In this document: in pieces, positions 38,491-50,579 of the stretch
Layout of the letters: every line of letters begins with the position of its first letter
Position numbering within the stretch: the first letter of the stretch is position 1
Origin: Glaucostegus cemiculus
Lineage: Eukaryota
DNA: 64,000 nucleotides
Direction of reading: 5' to 3'
Assembly: GCA_976551045.1 (NCBI GenBank)
Contig: CDPCPM010000141.1
Coordinates: 9,052,001-9,116,000 of the forward strand
The notes under the pieces: generated by a model
What the model saw: only the letters and a program-made list of their open reading frames with translations
Told to the model about the DNA's origin: nothing
The model's database searches: none
Position numbers and translations under genes: made by a program

Positions 38491-41400
38491 GGTCAAACTT
38501 GTGGGAAGGGGTATAGACAGAAAGAGCAGAGTACCCCTGTGGCTGTTCCCATCAACAATAGGTATACAGTTTTGGAAACTGCCGGTGGGGACGACCTACC
38601 AGGGACAAGTTGCAGTGGTCACGTCTCTGGCACCGAGGTGGGACCCTCAGCTCAGAAAGGAAGAAGGGAAAAAGAGGAGAGCAGCAGTGATAGGGGATTC
38701 AATAGTTAGGGGGACAGATAGGAGTTTCTGTGGGAGAGACAGAATCCTGGATGGCCCGTTGCCTCCCTGGTGCCAGGGTCCGCGATATCCCAGATCGGTT
38801 CTCGATATTCCTGAGAGGGAGGGTAAGCAGCCAGATGCCGTGGTCCATGTAGGGACCAATGATGTGGATAGGAAGGAGGGGGGAGGTCCTGCAAAGAGTT
38901 TAGAGAATTAGGTGTAAAGTTGAAGGACAGGACCTCCAAGGTTGCAATCTCAGGATTGCTAGCCGTGCCACGTGCTAGTGAGGCTAGAAATAGGAGGATC
39001 ATGCAGCCAAATATCTGGCTAAGGAGATGGTGTAGGAGGGAGGGCTTCATGTTTCTGGACAATTGGGCTTTGTTCCAGAGAAGCTGGGACCTGTTCTGTA
39101 GGGATGGTTTGCACCTGAACTGGAGGAAGACTAACATATTTGCGGGTAGGTTTGCTAGTGCTGCTCCGGGGGGTTTAAACTAGATTTGCAGGGGGAGGGG
39201 AATTGGAGTGTTAGAGCAGATAGTGGGGTCGAGGAGGAAAATGGTCATGCCAGAACTGCAGGTATAGACAAAAATCAAAGGTTTGTACGTGATAGAAATG
39301 TTCTCAGCTGCATCTATTTCAATGCAAGGAGTATTGTAGATAAGGCAGATGAGCTTAGGACATGGATTGGCACGTGGGATTACAACGTTATTGCTATTAG
39401 TGAGACTTGGTTGCAGGAGGGGCAGGACTGACAGCTTAATGTTCAGGGGTTCTATTGTTTCAGACATGATAGAGGGGGAGGGATGAAAGGGGGAGGAGTG
39501 GCATTACTGGTCAGGGAACAGGTCACAGCTGTGCATAGACAGGACAGCCCAGAGATCTTGTCTACAGAGGCCATATGGGTGGAGCTGAGGAACAGGAAAG
39601 GTGTGGTCACACTAATAGGGTTATGCTCTAGACCGCCCAATAGTCAGAGAGAATTGGAGGAACAAATCTCTAGTGAGATAGCAGATCGATGTAAGAAACA
39701 GGAAGTTGTAATAGTAGGGGATTTTAACTTCCCACATATTGACTGGGACTCCCACACTGTGAAAGGGCTGGATGGCTTGGAATTTGTCAAATGTGTTTCA
39801 GGAAAGTTTTCTAAATCAATATATAGAGTACCAATGAGAAAGAATGCAATACTTGATCTCCTATTAGGGAACCAGACAGGTCAGGTGACAGAAGTATGTG
39901 TAGGTGAGCATTTTGGGTCCAGTGACCATAATGTCATTAGTTTCAAGTTAATAGGTCTGGTCCTCGAGTTGAGGTTCTAAATTGGAGAAAGGCCAATTTT
40001 GTGGAAATGAGAAAGGATCTAGGAGGAGTGGATTGGGATAGGTTGTGTCCTGGCAAGGATGTATTCAGGAAGTGGAAAGCCTTCACAGACAAAATTTTGA
40101 GAGTGCAGAGCTTTCACATTCCTGCCAGGATTAAAGGCAAAATTAACAAGCATGGGGAACCTTGGTTTTCAAGGGATATTGGTGCTCTGGTTAAGAAAAA
40201 GAGAGAAGGTTATAGCAGGTATAGGCAACTAGGAACAAGTGAGGTACTTGAAGAGTATAGAAAATGTAAGAAGATACTAAAGAAGGAAATCAGGAAGGCA
40301 AAAAGGCATGATGTTGCTTTGGCAGATAATGTGAAGGTAAACTCAAAGGGTTTCTACAAGTATATTAAAAGGATAGTAAGGGACAAAATTGGTCCCCTAG
40401 AAGATCAGAGTGGTTGTCTACATATGGAGCCTCAGGAGTTGGGGTAGATCTTAAACAGTTTTTTTGCATGAGTATTTACTCAGGAAACTGGAATAGTGGA
40501 TATGGAAGGAAGGGATCAAGCAGTAGTGTCATGGAACATATAGAGATTAAAAAGGAGAAGGTGCTTACTGCTTTACAGTGAATAAAGGTAGATAAACCCC
40601 CCGGGCCTGACAAGATATTTCCTCGGAGAGAGACTAGTGTAGAAATTGCAGGGGCCCTGGCAGATATATTTAAAATGTCCTTAGCCACGGGTGTGGTGCT
40701 GGAGGACTGGAGAGTAGCTCGTGTTGTTCCATTGTTAAAAAAAGGCTCTAAGAGTAAATCAGTTAATTACAGGCTGGTGAACCTGATATCAGTAGTAGGT
40801 AAATTATTGGAAGGTGTTCTGGGAGATTGGATATACAAGTATTTGGACAGCCAAGGGCTGATTAAGTATAGTCATCATGGCTTTGTGCGTGGTAGATCGT
40901 GTTTAACAAACCATGTAGAGTTTTTTTGAGGAGGTTACCAAGAAAGTAAATGAAGGAAAGGCTGTGGATGTTGTCTACATGGACTTTAGTAAGGGCTTTG
41001 ACAAGGTCCCACATGGTAGGTTAGTTCAGAATGTTCGGTCACTAGGTATCAATGGAAAGGTTGTAAACTGGATTCGAAATTGGCTGTGTGGGAAAAGACA
41101 GAGAGTGGTAGTGGATGATTGTTTCTCAGACTGGAGGCCTGTGACTAGTAGTGTGCCTCAGGGATCTGTGCTGGGGCCATTGTTGTCTGTTGTCTATATC
41201 AATGATCTAGAAGATAATGTGGTAAATTGGATCAGCAAGTTTGCTGAGACACCAGGATTGGAGTCATAGTGGACAGTGAGGAAGGCTTTCAAAGCTTGCA
41301 GAGGGATCTGGACCAACTGGAAGAATGGGCCAGAAAATGGCAGATGGAATTTAATGCAGACAAGTGTGAGGTGTTGCACTTTGGAAGTACAAATCAAGGT

Positions 41401-41657
41401 AGGACATACGCAGTAAATGGTAGGGCGGAGGAACAAAGGGATCTGGGAGTTCAGATACACAATTCCCTGAAAGTGGCGTCACAGGTGGACAGGGTTGTAA
41501 AGGCGGCTTTTGGCATCTGGCATTCATAGATCAAAGTATTGAGTATAGGAGTTGGGATGTTATGGTCACGTTGTATAAGACATTGGTGAGGCCAGATTTG
41601 GAGTATTCTGTGCAGTTCTGGTCACCTAACTATAGGAAGGATATCAGTAAGGTTGAA
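38490..41657 (+). mobile_element. CR1 LINE (ORF1 SGNH-esterase domain + disrupted ORF2), 3'-truncated; same subfamily as 4993-8299
   Basis: GDSIVRG, HVGTND and DGLHLN in ORF1; NARSI, ETW, GDFN, SDH, DFSKGFDKVPH and PQGSVLGP in ORF2. Confidence 0.95.
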
Positions 41658-41659
41658 CT

Positions 41660-41900
41660 GTGTGGCTCAGCTGCTGGCAGCTGGAATGATCAGAGGACAG
41701 TTTTAAATTCAGGTAACTGTGACCATTACTTCTACAGGCAGTACAGCCCAGGCAAAGAAGAGAGGCTGGGGAAACTGGCATTTCCTGTCACCACTGCTTT
41801 ATTAAACCTCAGTCTCCAGGTGCACTGCTCCTTGGACAGTTTTATGTAGGAGATTGACACCCGAACTTTTGAGGATACATTCTTCACAACACAGTCCTTC
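41660..41900 (-). mobile_element. PIF/Harbinger transposase N-terminal relic
   Basis: SYIKLSKEQCTWRLRFNKAVVT..VLPVEVMVTV..SFQ resembles the Harbinger pattern LSEEQC..RLRF.K..V...ALPV..KV..AL.F..SGSFQ. Confidence 0.6.
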
Positions 41901-44289
41901 TATCTCTCCTCCTTCATACTTCACTACCAAGCTGCTCCTCTCCAGCTCCTGGGCATAACTGAGACCCAGTGCAACCATTGCTAAAGCTCTCATTACAAGC
42001 AATGATGGAAGTCAAACCAGTGTTTACCCAGAGTTGCCGTGACTTCTAGAGTCATAGATTAACACAACACAGAAACAGGCCCTTCAGCCCAACTCATCCA
42101 GGATGACCAAGATACCCATCTAAGCTAGTCCCATTTGCCTGTGTTTGGCCCATATCCCTCTACCTGGAGTTTTACAAGGACTCTTCTGCCACATGGAATG
42201 AAATGAGCTCTGCTTCAACTGATTCCCAAAGAAACTTGTAAGTAATCAATAATCCAATTAAATATCACAAGTAAAACTTCAACTTTCTTCTCTGCAGAAC
42301 ACTCCAGGTACTAAATACATACCCATGATCCCATTTCACTGGGGAGCTGGTGATTGGGCACTGCATATGGTTCCACATCACTTGTACACACTCTGCGGGT
42401 ACATTGCACCCACAAATGTGGCTGATCAAAAAATCATATCATGTTTAAAAAAAGATGTGCTGCCCCTAGTCATTCCAATAGTTTAAAAAAATAGTTAATC
42501 AACCTTTGGCCTTCTCTGCTCCAGTGGAAACACATCCAGTAACTCGAGTCTTTCCTCAGAATGTGTCCCATTCCTGGCATCAACTTGTGACTTTAAACTG
42601 TCTGCTTTCAAAATCCTTTCCATTTGTCGACTCCTATATCCATACATTGTGGTCAAAATGCAACCTCATCAATACATTGTACAAATCTAACATAAGCTAG
42701 GGCACACCTCTAGTTATACATTGTCAGCCTGTCTTATGGATATCTACATGTCCTCATCTACTGAGCCCCCTTGTCCTTTATTCAACCTTTAGTGGCTCAC
42801 AGTTGAGAACTGATGGGGTGAGAGGTGGCAGAGGAAGAATTCTTGGTGCAGTAGAAACTTCTGCATTAGTAGACAGTGAGGAACTCTTACCACGCTACAG
42901 TTTTCTCACAAGATGTTGTGGGTATTATTTGGCCAATTATATCATTAACAAAATTAATTGATCTCTACCCCCATTGTGAGGTGCAAACCAGAACTTCTGT
43001 GTCCATCTAATGTACAACCTAATATTTTTAAGATCATATTTTTCAGATATCATCCTTCCCTGCTTGTCAGTTCTGATGCAATGTCATCCGCTTTTAATAA
43101 CAAGTTTTTCTCTCTGCACAGATGCTACCTCATCTGCTGAGTATCATTGAGAACCTTCTTCATTTTAAAACTTCCAGCAGCTGCCGAGTTCTGTATCTCA
43201 TATTTCCAGTAACAGCCCTCATTCATCCTCCTCCATTTACAGACTGGTCAGCTAAAATTAATTACCATTCATTTTCCTCTCTTGGGTGGCACCAAAACCC
43301 CTTGCATCACCTCAGACAATCTGGTTGTCCACTCTTTGTTCTATCTCCCCCTCACCCCCCTTCTCAGCAACCTAAAATATGCTTGCTTTCTTTGTTTTCC
43401 GGTTCTGCTGAAGAGTCACAGGCCTGAACCATTAATTCGATACCTCTTTCCACAGATGCTGCCTGACTTGTTGAGAATCCCTAGCATTGTTGTTCTTATT
43501 TCAGATTTCCAGCAACTACTGTTTTGTTTTCCTGCTCAGCTAATATTTTTAATACCTCAATAACTAAAACCTATTGCAAGGGTATAACTAACAAGTTATA
43601 ATTAGTTTGCCTGACATTCTTTGGAATAAAAATAACTGCATCAACAACTCACAGTAAGTATACAGTCTCTTTAATATAGTAAAGCAACCCAAACTTTGAC
43701 ATCGAGCAATGTAGTGTACTGTTTAGAACTTGGTCAAAGAGGTTAGTAACTGGAGTATATTAAAGCAGGAGAGAGGTAGTGAGGCAGAGAAGTTTAGAAA
43801 TAGATTTCTGGAGCATTGGACCATGACTGTAAAATAAAAAGCTCTAACAGACAGTGATAAAAATTAGAGATATGAAAGAAGTCAGAACTGGAGAAGTGAA
43901 AAGATAGAGGTTTGAAGAGGTGCTAAAGATCTCAGCTCTGGAGGGGTGAGGTAATGGAGTAATATGTAATGAATACCAAGAAGAACGCTGGTAAAGGGTA
44001 AATGGGACATGTTAAGGGTCAGACCAGGAACAGCTGATTTCTGGATTGCTGACATTCAGAAGAAGGGAACTGAAATAAAGCCTGGAGGTGACAGAGATAT
44101 GAATGACAGGCTTTGCATTGGAATAAATAAGGATGTATCTATAGAGGGATGAAGGCAGTGAAAGGATGATACAGGAACACAGAAGAGACACAGCATGTAT
44201 CCAATTATATCCCAAAATGAATGTGTCTTGACCAACCACCAGTGATTAAATCTATGTGTTTAGAGTGCACTGCAGGACTAGAATATGTA

Positions 44290-44520
44290 ATCTTACTTGA
44301 CATTTCAGCGCACTACTGAGAAACTCTTTTTGAATGAGATAATAAATTGAGCCCTTGTCTGCCTGTTCAAATTGGTGGAAAAGATTTCTGGCACCCATGA
44401 AAGAGGAACAGTGACTTTTCTCCCTGAGCCCTCATTAATACGAGTCCCTGAACTGAAAGAAGCAGTAAAACAGTTTGTCTGGTCATCTATTTCACTGTTG
44501 TTTATAGGAGTTTACTGTCC
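44290..44520 (+). mobile_element. DeuSINE-like (AmnSINE/SacSINE-type) remnant
   Basis: gaatgagataataaattgagcccttgtctgcctg...aaagatttctggcac...gaggaacag resembles the Deu domain; a second copy lies at 55185-55500. Confidence 0.5.
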
Positions 44521-47134
44521 ACACTTTCCAAAAGGCAATGAATTCTGGAGAACAATTGGGGTTTTCAAGGTTGAAGGATTTTTGTGGGGTAGGAATACCA
44601 TGAGATCTGGGGCAAAAGTAGATATGGGTTTGGAGATACCCATCAGATCGGAATGAGGAGCTGACTGGAGTCTAATTCCCATGTTCTGAATCTGCTTCAT
44701 TAATCAGCTTCAAGGTAATCTTGTTGGAAAGTGATAGCAGCATGAAAAGATCCAAAGTTCAGGAACTATTACACAGGATGGTGGTCCAGTGCATTGTTAC
44801 CGGACTAGTTAGGAACACTACAGAACTTTGAGTCAGAAGGGAACCTGGCAAAAAAAAAATTCAAAAATTGGTTAATCCAGCCCCACACCAAACAGAAGGG
44901 GCCGAACAAACTAACTTGTCGATTCCAGTCAGATAGTTAGGGAAGGGCTGTACCTATTGAATGGGTGACACTCCATTCCAAAAATAAGCAAAATGAATAA
45001 ATCCTGAAAAACACTCTTCTGCTGAAATCTAACTGTAGGAGAAAAGGTGATCTCCAACCAGCAGAAGGTCAAATTTTCTGGTTGGATCTTCAAGTGTTAA
45101 GTGAAGACCACTGGTTTAACTTTTTGTAAGAAATATCTGGCCTTTTTTTCCTAATTAAACTCATTTCACTACAGTGAGAGCCACAACTTAATTGAGGCTT
45201 CAGGCTGTGACCTCAGAAGTTGAAGGCTAATTCTAGAACATTGCTACTTGCAATTTACCTGGGTTTAAAAAAAACTCATTTAATTTCCTTTTGAGGATTT
45301 TCCGAGTTTAAAAATGTTGTAAATGAATTACATAAAAAGTCACATGACTGGATAACGCTTGACAAACGATCAGATACTCTGGTCACTTTCCAACTGCCTA
45401 TGAGGCAACAGTGGATATATCAAATTACCATTGGTACATGGAAGATGTTTGGAGGCAGTAAATCCAGGAATATTTCCAGCCAGAGTCAGGAATCCAGGTT
45501 TGTTCTAGAACAGCTGGTTAGTTTTGCCGTTTCTAAAACAATAACTCAATAATTTTATTCCTCAGAGGGGAGAAAAACTCACTTAGGACAAAGGTTTGTA
45601 GAGCTGGAACCAAAATGTGATAGTCATCCCTCCAACTAGTGCTCCAAGCATAACTCTCTACTGCAAATGAGGGATCACTGGATGCTCCTGGTTGAATTTG
45701 GTGGGATTGGAAGTTGGCAAAGTGCTGTTTTCTTACCGATGAAGTAATCCTCAATCAAAATACTAAGCATTTTTATTATTTGTACTATTGGACCTATTAT
45801 AGGTAGTAGGGTTATAAATGTTATATATGTATATATTGCATAAAATAATATAGAAACTGTAACAGAAACAAGCCATATTGAAGTATTGGAGAAATTGCAG
45901 AAAACATTAACAAGAAATAAATAAATAAAACCAACTCTCAGGAGCAGAGTGTTATTATTCTTTTCTGGAGATGGGACCAGGTAGGGTTCTTTAAAATTAT
46001 GGATGAGTTTGACAGGGTATTGTAGAGAAATGGTGGAAGACTTGGATTTTCTCATTAAAAAATAAAGAGGAACATTTAGGGAGGGAGTTCCAGAACTTGA
46101 GGCCGAGGCAACTTAAAGTACCAATGGGGCAATTAAAACCAAACCAAAACTACAAGTCACAGGGTTGAGTGAAGAGAAGCACTTACCCTCAGATGTATAA
46201 CCTTGTAGAACTGCGGTAAATTAAATTTATTCTTGATAAATGTCAACTCTTGTACAGGTCAAAAATTGTAGGAAATAACTACATAAATAACAGAACTGAA
46301 TTTGAGAAAAGGAAGCTTAAAAAGAGGACTGAGAAGTATTGGGAGCTGCTGAATTTTACAAAATATGATGAAGCAATTAAAATAAAAACCTTAAACCAAA
46401 CCTGCAGACCCCTGCACGTCTTCCCCTCCCGATCCTTCTGATTAATTGATCCCACAATCTCCTGGTGTGCTTGATGTCGGGCCCAATCATCAAACTATCA
46501 CTTTCATTTACTTCATGGTCTTACCATAATCCTGTGTCCCTCAATCTTCAGGCAATCAGCAGCCATGCTCCTTCATCCCTACACCCAAGGCATAATCTCC
46601 AATCCTCCTTCCACCCTTTCCTGACCACAGCATAGGCTCAGTCTTTCTTTCCCCCTACATCCCAACCACACCACAAACCCCACATGGGCTCAAACCTGGC
46701 TCCATCCCAACTCCCACTCATGTTGAAAGTGTGCAATGCTCATTTTATTGTACTCAAAGCTTCCAATTTCCAGGCCTACATTCATTTATTTACTGCACTG
46801 AATCCTTTAATAAACACCTCACTCTCCTATATTTCTCAGAATGAATACAAACCAATGGCACCACAAAACATCTGAAAAGCTCTGGTACAGCTCTTCAAAA
46901 GCCAACATATTCTTCCTGAGATGCAGTGCCCAGAACTGAATCCTTATGAGGTTACACAACTTGTATTTCTGTCCCTTTGAAATAAAGACCAACATTCCAA
47001 CTGAATTTTCTATTTGGTTAGGATTTTTGAAAAATGGCCACCTAAATTCCTTTGCTCCACAATGGTACCTAATTTCTCATTAATCAGAACATAGCTTGTT
47101 ATATTTCTTGTATTGGAACTGGATGGCCTCACAC

Positions 47135-47480
47135 ATACCCATGTTATAACATGGAAACAGGCCCTATGACCCACTGAGTCCACGCAAACCATCAAGCATT
47201 CTTTTACACTGATCCTACACTAATCCCATTTTTATTCTCTCCACATTCACACCAACTTTCCCCAGATTCTACCACTCACCTACACTTTAGGGGCCATTTA
47301 CATCCAACTAATCTTCCAACCTGCACATCTTTGGGATGTAGAGGAAAACTAGAGCACTCACAAGCTGCTCATACAATCACATGTACAAACTTTACACAGA
47401 CAGAATCGGGTGTCAGGATTGAAACCAGGTCATTGGAGCTGTGAAACCTCAGCTTTTCTAGCCGTGCCACTGTGTTGCTC
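47135..47480 (-). mobile_element. V-SINE with CR1-type tail
   Basis: acacagtggcacggctag head, ggtttcaatcc B-box, V core, gggcctgtttccatg tail. Confidence 0.75.
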
Positions 47481-47499
47481 AGTTGTCATGTTGACCACG

Positions 47500-49245
47500 T
47501 TATCAGACAGGGCTCTTGAGGAATACAAGGGACAAGGGAAACAAGAAAGAAATTAAACAGGACATCAGGAAGGCTAATAGGAGTCATGAAATGTCCTTGG
47601 CAGGTGGGATTAAGGAAAATCCAAAGGTATTTTATACATACATTAAAAACAAGAGGGTAACTATGGAGGGTGTAGAACCACTTAAGGAACAAAGGAGGGA
47701 ATCTTTGCCTGGAGCCAGAGGAAGTGGCTGAGATTCTAAGTGAGTACTGTGCATGGTAGCATAGTGGTTAGCACAATGCTTTACAGTGCCAGTGACCCGG
47801 GTTCAAATCCGGCCACTGTCTGTAAGGAGTTTGTATGTTCTTCCCTTGTCTGTGTGGGTTTCCTCCAGTGCTCCGGTTTCCTCCCACATTCCAAAAAAAA
47901 GTACAGATTAGAAAGTTATGGGCATGCTATGTTGGCGCCGGAAGCATGGTGACACTTGCAAGCTGCCCCCCAAAAATCGCTATGCAAAAGATGTATTTCA
48001 CTGTATGTTTCAATGTACCTGTGACTAATAAAGATCTTACCTTATTCCCCCAACGAGAAGGACATGGGGTATCGTGAGCTCAGGGAGGGTTCTAGGGCAT
48101 GATCATATCAAGAAGAAATTGGGTCTCTTGATGGACATTAAGGTGGATATTTCCCCAGGGTCTGATGGGATCCATCCCAGGATACTGAGGGAAGCAAGGG
48201 AGGAGATCGTTGTGACCTTGACAGAGATCTTTGTGACCTCTTTAGCTACAGCTGAGGTGTCAGAAGACTGAAGAATAGCCAATGTTGTTCCTTTGTTTAA
48301 GAAAAACAGGGTCAAACCAGGAAATTAAAGGCCAGTGAGCCTTACATCAGTGGTCGAGATAATAGTGGAGAAATTTCTTAGAGGCAGAATCTACTCACAT
48401 CTGGAAAAGCATGGACCTATTAGGGAAAGTCAGCATGGCTTTATGTAGGACAAAGCCTGTTTCACAAACTTAACTGAATTTTTTGAGGAAGTGACAAAGA
48501 TGGCTGATGAGGGTAAGGCAGTGGATGTTGTCTACATGGAATTTAAGAAAGCAGCTGACAAGGTCCCTCATGGGAGGCTGGTCCAGAAGATTAAGTCACA
48601 TGGGATGCACGATGGAATGTGGCAACACAAGTGGATACAGTGGTAAAGGAGATGTAAAGCATTCTTGCCTTCTTTGGTTGGAGCACTGAGTAAAATGTTG
48701 GGAGGTTGGGTGTATAAAAATTTGGTTAGGCCACATTTTGAATATTCTATGTCGTTCTGGTCGCCACACTATAGGATGGATGTGAAGGCTGTAGAGAGGG
48801 TGTAGAAGAATTGCCTGGATTGGAGTGTGTTAGCTATAGGGAGAAGTTGAACAAGCTTGGACTGTTTTGTCTGGAGCATCAGAGGCTGAGGGGTGACCTA
48901 ATAGAAGTATATAAAATTATGAGAGGTGTAGATAGGATAGATAGTCAAAATCTCAGGGTGGAAATGTCAAATACTAGATTTGAGGAGCAAAGTTTTAAAA
49001 GGAGATTTGTGAGATTTTAATTAAAAACACAGAGAATGATACTTACCTGGAAGTGCACTACCAGGAGTGGTGGTGAAAACAGATACCTGCTAGCAACATT
49101 TAAGAGGCATTTAGACAGATACATGAACGGATGGGGAATAGAGGGATAGAGATCAGGTGTAGGCAGATAGGATTAGCTTAGACTGGCATCTTGGTTGGCA
49201 TGGAAATGGTGGGCCGAAGGGCCTGTTCCTGTGCGGCACTATGTT
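47500..49245 (+). mobile_element. CR1 ORF2 3' half with internal deletions
   Basis: IKENPKVFY, SPGSDGIHPRILRE and LRGDLIEVYKI remnants plus tail. Confidence 0.88.
47749..48045 (+). mobile_element. V-SINE with Rex/Babar-type tail, nested in CR1
   Basis: Near-identical organisation to 14120-14412. Confidence 0.85.
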
Positions 49246-50405
49246 TGCTCTAAAGTGAATGGAAAAATAACCAAATGGCAGGTAAAAACAATGAAGGGTC
49301 GGTACAAGAAGATTCAAGCTTTGCTTTCAAAAGGAAACTGGATGGATAATTGCCCAGTAAAAAGTTTTGCAGGCCCATGATGAAAGTGAAGGAAAAATGG
49401 AATTAAGTGAATATCTTAAAGAGACAGCATGGGGTCATGGGCTGAGAGACCTCCTTCTTTGTATAAGATTGCATGATTGACCATGGGTGGTACAGGATAT
49501 ATATACACACATGCACTTAACAAAATGCTTTATGGTAGGGTGTGAGGGATATTTTTGCAAAGCTGGATTCTCTACATTCTTGGTCAGACCATATTATTCC
49601 TCTAGTTTTACAATTGATCTTGATATCCGGTTTGAACCAGTTAGATAGCAGCCCTCCCCCAGACCATGTAACAGCCTGCACGCAATCGCACCATGCTACA
49701 TATTTACCAAAAATACACTAGCACCTTTCAAAAATATCCACTATTCCCTTAAGGATGATCATTTTAGAATGTCATGTGATTCATGGGTACGTGGAAAAAC
49801 TAAATTACTGCCTGCGAAAAGTCTTGTTTAAGAGGGTTAGAATAATCTTGATCTGAATGCAAGACTGTTCGCCTTAGAGAAAAAGGATCATTTTTCAAGT
49901 TTCACTAAAGATGTGGTTCTTTCAGGTCTTTCTGTACAATTCCCCCATTAAGATAAAGGTTGAATGTTTCAGAAGCTCACCAGGACACACACAAATACTG
50001 GAGATCCCACAAAAATGCTGACACTCTCTCAGAATTCCCTGAAATTCCTATGAACCCCTGCAAATATAAACATGTTCATGGGACCCACTGTAACTAATTA
50101 CATGCCCTGAATCTTCTTAGAAATACCAATATGGTTCTGAGGCCCCGTACAAATACTGACGGTGTTCCAGAGAACCCCTGTGAACAATTACACACCTCCA
50201 GGTAACAACACCAATAACTGAAATGTTCCCAATAGCACCCTGGGTTCTTCCATTAAAAAGTTAGCACATCCCTCTTATCCAGTACTGTCAGGTAATAGTA
50301 ACTCCATAAGGAGCAATGCAGCATGGTTGCAGACAACATTTTTGTCCCACTCAAACTTCTAACTCAGACAGACCCCCCACCACCAGAAAAAAAGGAAAAG
50401 GGTAG

Positions 50406-50407
<2 letters not shown>

Positions 50408-50460
<53 letters not shown>
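50408..50460 (+). repeat. (GT)~26 microsatellite in intron 1
   Basis: Direct reading. Confidence 0.98.
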
Positions 50461-50464
<4 letters not shown>

Positions 50465-50579
50465 CGCTTCATACAGTCAATAAGGTACTTTTGGAGGGTG
50501 GCTACTACTGTAATGTGGGAAACGTGGCAGCCAACATTACACCGGAAAAATCTATTTCAGTGCTGACTGTGGGATAAGT

